From an uncultured bacterium (GTDB lineage: Bacteria; Acidobacteriota; Thermoanaerobaculia; Multivoradales; JAHZIX01): a DNA stretch of 64,000 nt. Both the position numbers and the translations under genes were made by a program. The notes beneath the pieces were generated by a model. That model was not told the DNA's origin, made no database searches, and was given only the letters and a program-made list of their open reading frames with translations. The stretch lies in the NCBI GenBank assembly GCA_965368975.1, contig CBDUPA010000024.1:1-64000 (forward strand), in the 5' to 3' direction. Of the stretch, positions 49,411-58,800 are shown piece after piece; position 1 is the stretch's first letter; each line of letters begins with the position of its first letter.

Positions 49411-50178
49411 TTACAGCTGTAGGTCGACGACCCAAGCCTCCGGCACTGACGCTTGCACTACCTCCCACGCCAGGTTGACCCACCGCACGGCCATCTTCTG
49501 CTGCCCCGGAGCCTCGATCCGTTCGCTCGCCAGGATCGAGCTGTCCAAGATGGCACTATCCGCCGTCGCGATGATCTCGGACGTGCGCTTGAGCAGGTGG
49601 TCGGGGTTGGGTACGAGTTCGACGCTCCACGGCCAGCCGTGTTGTTCAGCGACTTCGAGCATCAGGCCGCGCAAGCGACTGCTGTTGGAGACGGGGCGGT
49701 CGAGGTACCAGGTGGTGTGCCGGCAGCGATTCGTCTCGAGGAAGCGACCGATCAACTCCAGTGCCGGCAGCGTCTGGTGCACGCGGCGGTAGTGCCCCTG
49801 CATGGAGGCCAGATCGCGCGCGGTGCCGTCGAAGGCGTGGAAGACGACCCCACCACCGAGGGCGGATTCGACGGTGAGCAGGACGTTGTAGCCGTCGACA
49901 TGCAGGGGCTGGTCACGTAGGGCTTTGGCTTCGACCCGCCGAGCTCGCCGCGACGCCACCGCGTCGGCGGACGCGACGCAGCGCTGCAGCGCCTGGCGTT
50001 GACGTTGCCGCAGGCGGTGGCGGTCGCCCACCAGCTTGAGCGAAGCCCTGGTCGAATAGTCGCGGCTGAGCAGCCAGGCATAGTCGGCTGCCGCCCGGCG
50101 CAATACGCCTAGCTCGGCGTCGGCGAAGTCGTGGGCGTCCTTGGGATGGGCGCCGCGGTTGGTCCTGGTGTCGGGCAT
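49411..50178 (-). CDS. DUF434-domain PIN-like protein
   Basis: RGAHPKD, LLSRDY, VGDRHRL, VDGYNVL, RDLA, LDRPVSNS, ATADSAILD. Confidence 0.8.
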   Translation of the reverse strand: MPDTRTNRGAHPKDAHDFADAELGVLRRAAADYAWLLSRDYSTRASLKLVGDRHRLRQRQRQALQRCVASADAVASRRARRVEAKALRDQPLHVDGYNVLLTVESALGGGVVFHAFDGTARDLASMQGHYRRVHQTLPALELIGRFLETNRCRHTTWYLDRPVSNSSRLRGLMLEVAEQHGWPWSVELVPNPDHLLKRTSEIIATADSAILDSSILASERIEAPGQQKMAVRWVNLAWEVVQASVPEAWVVDLQL

Positions 50179-50199
50179 GAATCCACCGCAGGCAGGTTT

Positions 50200-50850
50200 C
50201 TAGGACTTGTCCTCGCCTACAGCCTCCTGCGCGACGACATTCTGCAAGTCGAAGCGGAAGGGAGTGGCGCTGGCTCCGGGACCGCCACCGGTCATGACGA
50301 TGTCGGCGGAGGCGACGCCCAACAGCGAGATCTCGGTGTTGATCGTCGACACGATCGCCGAGTTCAGTACTTCCCCTTCCTGCACTTGCGATACAACGCC
50401 AATGTACAGCGAGCGATTGAACTGGAACACGGCTCGCTGTTGGGGGACGACGTTGGGCCACAGCGCCAGCCTCTTGCCGTCCCGAAAGATGTGGGCGTCG
50501 ATCACTCCCTGTTGCAGGGCATTGAGGATCGCGACCTCGCTGGGCTCGGGAGCCGGGTGCTGGCTGCGTTGCAGGACGGTGCCGGTGGCGGTTTGCACCA
50601 TGTCCCACTGCTCGCCGGCGTGGACGTCCATCAGGGGCGTGAAGTTGCCGTAGGCATCGCTGGCGCTGGCCTGGATCTGCATCGGGAAGGCGAAGGGGTG
50701 GAAGTCGCCGATGCCGAGGTTCTGGACGACGCGCCAAGCGATCGGGCTTGGGTCGTTGCTGAGCGCGAGATTCTTCTGAAAGATCACGATCTCGACGTCG
50801 CCCGAGTCTTGCGACCGGTTGATCAGGTTGAGTTGAGTGGCGGTGTGCAT
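50200..50850 (-). CDS. Conserved hypothetical all-beta protein
   Basis: AAGGAG RBS; IVIFQKN..IAWRV..HPF, ASDAYGN, INTEISLLGV.SADIVMTGGG; no signal peptide. Confidence 0.75.
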   Translation of the reverse strand: MHTATQLNLINRSQDSGDVEIVIFQKNLALSNDPSPIAWRVVQNLGIGDFHPFAFPMQIQASASDAYGNFTPLMDVHAGEQWDMVQTATGTVLQRSQHPAPEPSEVAILNALQQGVIDAHIFRDGKRLALWPNVVPQQRAVFQFNRSLYIGVVSQVQEGEVLNSAIVSTINTEISLLGVASADIVMTGGGPGASATPFRFDLQNVVAQEAVGEDKS

Positions 50851-50906
50851 GGTCTCTCCTTGTGTTTCCCTACTTCGGGCTCTTGAACGGTAAGATCTGC
50901 GCCAGC

Positions 50907-53567
50907 ATGAGCACCACACGTCACTTGAGGGAATCTCCCTCCGAACCGCCGAACTCGGACCTGATCAGTGACGAGGTCAGCAGCTCGGGCTGGCCGGAGC
51001 GCCTGGGGGCGTACCGAGTGCAGCGGTTGCTCGGACGCGGCGGCATGGGGGAAGTGTACCTGGCTTGGGATCAGAGACTCGAGCGGCACGTGGCGATCAA
51101 GAGGTTGCGGCCGGAGCGGGTGACGGATGCGCAGCGGGAGCGGTTCCGGCGCGAGGCGCGGGCGGCGGCGCAACTGCAGCATCCTTCGGTGGTGCAGGTG
51201 TTCGACATCCTGGAGCTCGACGAAGGCGACGGCATCGTCATGGAGTACGTGCCCGGGCGGACGGTGGCGGAGCTGGTGCGCCACGGACCGCTGGCGATGC
51301 CGCTGGCGATGCGCTTGGCACAGCAGGTGGCGGAAGGCCTGGCGGCAGCGCATGCGCGCGGGCTGGTGCACCGCGATCTGAAGGCCGAGAACGTCATTCT
51401 CACCGAGTCGCTGGACGCCAAGATTCTCGACTTCGGCCTGGTCACGACGCGCGCGCCGACGGTCGCGGAAACCACCCTCACCGAACCGGGCGCGGTGCTG
51501 GGGACGGCGTCGGCGATGGCGCCGGAGCAGGCGCGCGGTGAGGCGACGGACGCGCGCACGGACTTGTTCGCGCTCGGCGTGCTGCTCTACCGCATGCTGT
51601 GCGGCGCGGCGCCCTACGCGGGAGCCGACTCGGCCGATACGTTGCGCCGGCTGCGCGACGAGACGGCGATTCCGCTCTCCGAGCGGCGCTCCGAGGTGCC
51701 GGCACCGCTGGCGCGGCTGGTCGACCGGCTGTTGTCGAAGAATCCGGATCGGCGGCCGCAGAGCGGGCAAGAGGTGGCACAGTCACTGGCCGCCATGACT
51801 GGCAGTGCGGTGGTGCCGGAAGCCGACACGGGCGGCAGTACCTCGACCCTGCTGCTGCCCCCGGCGCGGCGCCGCCAGGTCCAGCACCAGGTGCGGCAAC
51901 GTCGCCGTCGGTGGCTGCGCTGGATCGGCGTGGTACTGGCCGCTACGGTGGTACTGGCGGGGCTTTTCGCCTGGCTGCTGTCGTCGAGAGTGTCGCCCCC
52001 GCTGCGCGTCCTGGTGCTGGAGCCGGAGGTGACCGTGCGCGACGAGGTCGAGCGCCAGCGCCTGCAGGCGGTGGCCTCGGCCGTGCTGACCGCGTCGCTG
52101 AGCGGTCTGGGTGGCCTGGACGGCGTTCAAGCGCTGGACCCGGCGCTGGCGGCTGAGGCGCAAACGCCTGTGTTGCAGGCGCGGGCGGCGGCGGCGGACG
52201 AGTTGCTCTACGCCGAGGTGGCGCCAGAGCCCTTCGGCGGTGGCGGGCGGGTGTCTCTGCGGCGCCTGGATGGGGCTACGGGTGCGGTTCTCTGGGCGGA
52301 CAGCTTCGCGGTGCCGACCGATCGACTGGAGTTGCGCCTGACGGCGGACAGCGTTGCCGCCTACCTGCAGCGGGCCTGGCCGCATCAGCGGCCGCGCGAG
52401 GGCGTGCCGGTGCTCGACGTGCGACCGTTGGACTACGCGGCCTTTCTGGATCTACGCCGGCAGTTCGTCGCCGAGCGCCTGGTCGAGCCGTCGCAGCTCG
52501 ACACCATCGAGACCATCCTCGAGAACTCGCCGCGTTTCTACAGCGGCTACCTCCTGGCGGTCACGATGCACTTGCAGCGTTTCACCTCCAGCCGCCGCGT
52601 CGAGCACTTGCAGCACGCCTCCGATCAGCTCGACCGCGCCGCCGAGCTGGCACCGGAGGCCCCGGAGGTGCTGTCCCTGCGCTTCGTCGTCCAGCGCCTG
52701 GGTGGCCAGCTCGAAGAAGCCGGCGCGACCCTCGACCGGCTGACCCGCCTGACGCCCGCCGATGTCAACCTGCTGTCGATGCGCGCTGATCTGGCGCGTC
52801 AGCAGGGTGACACGGAGGTCGCGCTGACCTTCCTGCGCAAGGCGGTCGAGCGGGTGCCGTCCTGGGAACTGCGCTACCGACTGGCTTCCCTGGCGTCCAG
52901 AACCGGCGATCTGGCGACCGCGCGCGAACAGCTGCAGCACATCCTCGAACAGCAGCCGCAACACCCGCGGGCGCTGGCCCGCTTGGCCGACGCGGAGCTG
53001 CTCTACGGTGACGTGGGGGCCGCGGTCGAGCTCTACCAGCAACTGGTGGTAGCAGCACCGCGGCGCAGTCTGCTGACCAATCTGGGGCTGGCGCAGTACC
53101 TGCTGGGCCGCTACGACGACGCCGTCGACAGCTACCAGCAAGCCCTGGAACTGGATGCCGAACATCCGATCGTGCTGCTCAACCTGGCGGATGCCGAGAC
53201 GGCCTTGGGGCACGCGGACGAGGCGCGGGAGATCTACCAGCGTCTGCTGCAGCGGCTCGATGCCGCGGGTACAGACTTGCCGTTGAACTACCGCATGGTG
53301 CGGGCACAGTGCCTGGCCCACCTGGGGCAGGTGCAGTCGGCGCTGGAAGTCGTGCAGCGTACCTGGCAGCAGGATCAGGACAACCCGGACCTGGCCTACC
53401 AGGCGGCCGTGGTCTATGCCGTTGCCGGTGAACGGGCGTCGGCGCTGCTGGCGGCGCGCCAGGCGATCGAGCGCGGACTGCAGCCGCGCTGGTTGCGCGT
53501 GCCGGTGTTCGACAAGCTGGCGGCGCAGCCCGGGTTCCAGGACTTGTTGGCCTCGCCAGCGCTCTAG
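50907..53567 (+). CDS. Membrane-anchored Ser/Thr kinase with C-terminal TPRs
   Basis: LGRGGMGEV, VAIK, HRDLKAEN, DFG, MAPEQ; TM after RRRRW; TPR array. Confidence 0.93.
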   Translation: MSTTRHLRESPSEPPNSDLISDEVSSSGWPERLGAYRVQRLLGRGGMGEVYLAWDQRLERHVAIKRLRPERVTDAQRERFRREARAAAQLQHPSVVQVFDILELDEGDGIVMEYVPGRTVAELVRHGPLAMPLAMRLAQQVAEGLAAAHARGLVHRDLKAENVILTESLDAKILDFGLVTTRAPTVAETTLTEPGAVLGTASAMAPEQARGEATDARTDLFALGVLLYRMLCGAAPYAGADSADTLRRLRDETAIPLSERRSEVPAPLARLVDRLLSKNPDRRPQSGQEVAQSLAAMTGSAVVPEADTGGSTSTLLLPPARRRQVQHQVRQRRRRWLRWIGVVLAATVVLAGLFAWLLSSRVSPPLRVLVLEPEVTVRDEVERQRLQAVASAVLTASLSGLGGLDGVQALDPALAAEAQTPVLQARAAAADELLYAEVAPEPFGGGGRVSLRRLDGATGAVLWADSFAVPTDRLELRLTADSVAAYLQRAWPHQRPREGVPVLDVRPLDYAAFLDLRRQFVAERLVEPSQLDTIETILENSPRFYSGYLLAVTMHLQRFTSSRRVEHLQHASDQLDRAAELAPEAPEVLSLRFVVQRLGGQLEEAGATLDRLTRLTPADVNLLSMRADLARQQGDTEVALTFLRKAVERVPSWELRYRLASLASRTGDLATAREQLQHILEQQPQHPRALARLADAELLYGDVGAAVELYQQLVVAAPRRSLLTNLGLAQYLLGRYDDAVDSYQQALELDAEHPIVLLNLADAETALGHADEAREIYQRLLQRLDAAGTDLPLNYRMVRAQCLAHLGQVQSALEVVQRTWQQDQDNPDLAYQAAVVYAVAGERASALLAARQAIERGLQPRWLRVPVFDKLAAQPGFQDLLASPAL

Positions 53568-53622
53568 GGCTCTCGCTCCAATCGGCTGCGGCAGCTTGCC
53601 GCCCTACGGGCGCCACGGGCGC

Positions 53623-54432
53623 CTACGGGCGGATCGAGGGCGAGATCGGGCCGACCAGTTCACCGTCGTTGTCGATCGCTGGGTCTTCGCTCGACAGTGC
53701 CATCAGGCCGTCGACGGTACGGATGCGCACCAGGTAGCCGAAGCTGCCACGTTGCCCGCTGTCACCGCTCAGCACGACCTGGGCCGGTACGTCGAGGAAG
53801 GACGTCACGTTCTTGAACGGCCCCAGGATCGGCTGGTCTCCCGGGAAGGCCACCTCGGGGATCCAGCGCGCGTCTTGGCCGAAGAAGTCGGGCGCGATGT
53901 TGAACTCGAAGACGGCCGTGTCGCCCGGTTGAATCGACAGGTTTGGAGGGTCGAGCGCCAGGGTCAGTGGCAGTCGGATCGACTTGTTGCTGCCGCTACC
54001 GGCCAGCTCGGCGCGTACCGTGACCTTGATGCGCTTGCCGGCGGCGAATGTACCCATGCGGTTGGCGGGCGTCAGAGTGATGCGGCCTCGGTTGCTGCGC
54101 TTGACGGCGCGGATGCGCCAATCTTCGCTGCGCGGCACGAGGGCGGCGTGATAGTCGAAGCGCAAGGGTTTCTTCGGCGCGCAGGGGTCGAGGAAGTGTT
54201 CGAAGCCCTCGAGGATCACGGTACTTCCGGAGACGGAAATGCGCGTGAAGGTCCCGCTGGGGGACAGCACCGTAGGGGCGAATTGCTCGTTGTTCAGCAG
54301 AGCTTGGTCGAACTCCCAGATCAGGCTGTCGCCAGCACGGAACTGATTGATCACAGTGTTCGTGGGGATCTTCGGCGTACCGGGCTGGCTCCGGTCGTTT
54401 TCGACCTGGATCCGGAAGTACTGAGAACTCAT
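53623..54432 (-). CDS. Hypothetical two-domain beta protein
   Basis: GGAG 9 nt before ATG 54432; two similar halves (AGDSLIWEF and PGDTAVFEF); the upstream part of the listed ORF overlaps the methylase. Confidence 0.6.
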   Translation of the reverse strand: MSSQYFRIQVENDRSQPGTPKIPTNTVINQFRAGDSLIWEFDQALLNNEQFAPTVLSPSGTFTRISVSGSTVILEGFEHFLDPCAPKKPLRFDYHAALVPRSEDWRIRAVKRSNRGRITLTPANRMGTFAAGKRIKVTVRAELAGSGSNKSIRLPLTLALDPPNLSIQPGDTAVFEFNIAPDFFGQDARWIPEVAFPGDQPILGPFKNVTSFLDVPAQVVLSGDSGQRGSFGYLVRIRTVDGLMALSSEDPAIDNDGELVGPISPSIRP

Positions 54433-54524
54433 GACGGTCATCTCCGTGAAGCGAGCGCGCCGAGGCGCTGCGGGAAAGAAATCGAGGATGTGAAGAAGTC
54501 CAGTGTATCTCAGCGTGACGTCGG

Positions 54525-55751
54525 CTAGCTCCGTCCCACCAGCACGTACTCGCGCACTAGCGTGCGCTTGCGGTCGACGCCGGCGTGGTTGCCGAAGTGG
54601 TAGCGATGCGGCCGCTCGTGCACGTCGACGCGCGGCTTGTGACGCTGCAGCAGGTCGCACAGCACGTCGAGGTCGGGGAAGCCGTTGGAGGAGTAGGAGA
54701 GCACGACGGTGGCATCGCGGAACTGCGCGAACAGGCGCTCGAAGGCGTCGAGGGCGGTGCGCTTGGAACCGAATGGGGTGCGCCTCTTTTTGAGTTTCTT
54801 GACCCGGCTGGTGCTCAGGATTTCGGCGTCTGGTGCCCGCCACCAGGACATCAAGCCCTCGACGAAGTGGTAGCGCTTGATGTAGCAGTTGTCGTCGGCG
54901 CGTGGCACGTAGGGCGGGTCGAGGTAGACCAGGTCGATGTCCTCCAAGGTCTTGCCCAGCACTTCCGGTAGCGCGAAGACGTCGGCGCGCAGCGCTCGGT
55001 TGTCGCGGCCGTTGTCGAAGACCGCCCCCTGGAACACGTCCAGCGACTCCCGGAACAGCTGCGACAAGGGCAGGCGCAGATCGCGACGACCGTCCTTGTA
55101 GCGCTCCGGGTCCCCAGCAACGGTGAACACGCCGCGCGGTTGACGCTTCATGCAGGCGCGGGCCAGCGCCGCGAGCACCAGGGCACGTGCGTGGTGGTGC
55201 TCGGCCGTCGTCTCCCAGGTGTCGATGCGAGCCCACACCGTGTCCAGGAAGCGCAGGTCGTCGAGAGTGAAGAAGATGCCGCCGAAGGTCTCTTCGATGA
55301 AGCGTCGAGGTGGCTGGTCGGGCCGCGCCGAGGGTGGCGTCAGCAACGCCTCGACCTGCGCCTCGTCGAGCCGGCGGTGCGAGTTCTCGACGGTGGCGCG
55401 CGCGATCTGGTGTCCCAGTTCCAGGGTGTCGGCGGCGTGGACCTGCTTGCCCATGCGCTTGAGCAAGTAGGGCACGCAGCCACTGCCGCAGAACGGGTCG
55501 AGTGCGCTGTCGAAGTCGAGATCGGCGAAGATCTCGTGCAGCCAGGTCAGCAGCCGATGCTTGCTGCCCATGTAGCGCAGGCGTGGAAAGCGACCGGCGT
55601 CGCGCAGGATGGCTGGCGAAGCGGAGTTGGATGCAGGTGGTGGATCGGCGGCGGGCGCTGGCGAGGACGTCACGCCGCCGATCCTAGCAGGGCGCTGGCT
55701 TGCTCGTGGCGCGAGCCTGTGGGGAATGCCGAGGACCGAAACAACACTCAT
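54525..55751 (-). CDS. DNA adenine methyltransferase (D12/Dam-like), orphan
   Basis: RYMGSK, DPFCGSG, LVYLDPPY, VLSYS. Start uncertain. Confidence 0.9.
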   Translation of the reverse strand: MSVVSVLGIPHRLAPRASQRPARIGGVTSSPAPAADPPPASNSASPAILRDAGRFPRLRYMGSKHRLLTWLHEIFADLDFDSALDPFCGSGCVPYLLKRMGKQVHAADTLELGHQIARATVENSHRRLDEAQVEALLTPPSARPDQPPRRFIEETFGGIFFTLDDLRFLDTVWARIDTWETTAEHHHARALVLAALARACMKRQPRGVFTVAGDPERYKDGRRDLRLPLSQLFRESLDVFQGAVFDNGRDNRALRADVFALPEVLGKTLEDIDLVYLDPPYVPRADDNCYIKRYHFVEGLMSWWRAPDAEILSTSRVKKLKKRRTPFGSKRTALDAFERLFAQFRDATVVLSYSSNGFPDLDVLCDLLQRHKPRVDVHERPHRYHFGNHAGVDRKRTLVREYVLVGRS

Positions 55752-55884
55752 AGGACGGAAAGACCGCTGGATCCGTATGACTAGATAGATTTCCCGTCCA
55801 GCTCACTTGCCTTCAACTTGCAGCATGGTGGAGTACCCAACCCGGCTCCGAGAGCCGTCACAATTTTCCCTCGGGAGACGAAGC

Positions 55885-58800
55885 ATGAAGCGAGCACTGC
55901 GATCCGCACTGCACAACCTGCTGCTGGTGGCACTGGCCCTGGTCCAGCCCTGGGATTCGATACCGTTGGCAGCACAAGAGCTGTCGATTTCCGGCCGCAT
56001 CCTGGACGACACCGGGCAACCCCTGGCGGCCGCGACGCTGGAGCTGGTGGCGGAACCGACGGCTTACGAGAGGTCGCAGTTGCTGGCCGAGGGGCGGGCG
56101 TATCCGGCACCGACGGTGCAGACGCGCAGTGCCGCGGACGGTCGTTTCCGCCTGGTCGCTCCGCAAGCCGGAATGTGGGTCGTGCTGGCCAAGGCGCCTG
56201 GACGGGGGACACAGGAGTTCGCGCTCCACCCGCTCGTACACTCGATGGCACTGCCGGACGTCGAGTTACAGCCGGTGACCTGGTTGGTGGTGCGTGGTTT
56301 GCCGGCGTCGGCCCGGGTCTTGGGGCAAGGCTGGATGCTGCGCGCCAATCCCTTCCAGTTGCAAGCCTGGGGGATGGCGACGCGTGTGGTGTCGGCGCCG
56401 CGGGCAGGTGGCCCGGTACAGGTGCCGGTCGACGCTGGTGAGCGGCTGCGCCTGGAGGCCTGGGCGCCTGGGTATTCGAGCGCCATGGTGGACGCGACGG
56501 GGCGCGATAGCTCCGTGACGCTGACCTTGCAGCCGCTGGGCGCGCGCTCCGTGGTGGTCAAGGATGCTCGGGGGCAGGTGGCCGCTGGTGTTGTGCTGCG
56601 GCTCGGGGAGGCTGGCTGGCCGGCCGCCGAAACCGATGCCGAGGGACGGTGCGCGCTGGCGCCACCGATGGGTGTCGAGAGCTTGTGGATCGAGCTGCTG
56701 GCGCCCGATGGTCGCCGGGGACGCACCGCGCTGGAAGCGCCTCCTGACAATATGCCCCTGGAGCTCACCCTGCCGGCCTTGGTACGCACTCGTGGCCGGG
56801 TACTGGTCAAAGACAGTCGCCAGCCGATCGCGGGAGCCTGGGTCTGGTATTCCGGGCGTGAAGCCGAAGTGGTGCGCACAGGGGCGGGGGGTACCTTCGA
56901 CATGGAGACCGGAACCTTGTCACCCGGCACCGGGCGCGCGCAGAGTGTCCTGCAGGCCGCCGCGGCTGGGTACTTGAACTCCTTCGATGGGGTGGCTCGC
57001 AGGGGCGGCCCGCGCACGGTCCAGATTGCCGACGATACGGAGTCCACCTTGACCCTGCTGCCGGCGGTGCAGGTGCACGGCAGGGTGGTCGATACTCAGG
57101 ATCGCGGGCTCGCCGGTGTTCGTGTGAGTGCTCGGCCGGATCTGGTGCGGCGGCAGTTCCAGACACTGTCGGGGGACGGGGCGGTTACCGATGCCCAGGG
57201 CCGATTCGTCCTGGCTGCCCTGGGTCCTGAGAGCGCTTACGAGATCAGCTTGCAGGCCGAGGGGTATGCGCGGATGTCGCAAACCCTGACCACACTGCCC
57301 GCTGGCCAGGAGCAGCCGCGGCCGACCTTCACGCTGCAGCGTGGCCGTCGCATCTTCGGTTGGATTCTCGACGTCGAAGGGACGCCAATCGCCGGTGCCG
57401 GCGTGGTCCTGGCCGAGAGCCAGCCGGCCATGCAGCGGACGTATCGCCGAAGTCTGCGCTTCCTGCAGGGGGCACCCGAGAAAGGACTGGAAGCCTTCAC
57501 CGATGCCGAGGGCCGCTTCGAGTTCGTACACGTACCCGCCGGCACCTACGATCTGGAGGCCGACGCGGTCGGGTTTGTCGCCACGACGGTTCCGGGCTTG
57601 GAGGTCGCGCCGGGAACGGACGATCTGGACCTGGGAGACATCTATCTGGACCCGGGCGTGACGATCAGCGGCCGGGTGACCGATGCGCAGGGCCAGCCGC
57701 TGGCGGAAGTGTCCGTAACGGCCCGGCCGGTTGGGCAAGTGGGGGGCAGCCTGGTCAGAGATCTCATGCGGAGGCGACTCGGTGGCGAAGACGGTGGGAT
57801 TCGCAGCGCCGTGGATGGTGTCTTCGAAGTGCCGGATCTGGCGCTCGGCAGCAAGGTGAATCTGCACTTCGATCGCGAGGGCTACCAAGGGGTGGAGATC
57901 CCCGGCGTCGAAGTGCCGCCGGCCCTGCCGGTCGAAGCCGTGATGCAGGCGTCGAGCCAGGTGCGTGGCCGCGTCGAGACCGAGCAGGGAGAGCCGGTGG
58001 AGCGAGCGCGGGTGATGCTGGTGACGCGTGGTAGGACCGATCGCTTCCGGGGACCGCTGTTCCATGTGACCGAGCTGGATGGAACCTTCATCCTCGATCA
58101 GGTGCCGCCGGGCACCTACCAATTCAACGTCGCTGGGGAGAGCTTCTTGCCCTACCAGGGAGCTGACGTCGAAGTGACGGCGGGCAGCGATGTCGAGGGC
58201 TTGGTAGCGGTGCTGCAGCCGGGTTCTGAGGTCGCTGGTCGCGTGCTCGATCCGCAGGGACGCCCCGTTGCCGGAGCCCTCGTCCAGCTGATGGTCGAGT
58301 CTGAGAGCAATCCCTTCGTGCGCGGCGTGATGAACACGGCGCAGGCCAGTACCGATGGCGATGGCCGCTACCGGTTGCAGGGCCTGCCACCCGGTCGCCA
58401 ATCGATCGAGGCGAGGCACGAGGCGTACCGCCGTGTGGTGGCCGATCTCGAGGTTCGAACGGGCACCAACGCGCTCGATCTGCACCTCGAGACCGGCTTC
58501 GAGATTCGAGGTCGCGCGGTCGATGCATTCGGCACCCCGCTGTCGGGCGTGGGCGTGCGGTCGTTCCCCACGGGGGGTGGCGATTTTCGCGAAACGGTAA
58601 GCGATCGTGCCGGTAGCTTCGTGCTCAGCGGTCTGCCCGAAGGCATGTTCCGGCTCAGTGCGGAACTCGAGGGCTACACGTCGGACGAGCGTTACACCCA
58701 AGTCCAGCTGGTGGGAGCGTCGGTCGATGGTGTCGAGCTCGTGCTGCGCCAGGGAGGCGCCATCGTCGGCACCATCAGCGGTCTCGAGTTCTTCGAGCTG

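Noticed and set aside
54433-55236. Upstream half of the 537 aa ORF 53623..55236
   Set aside because: Arg/Pro-rich off-frame overlap with the methyltransferase.
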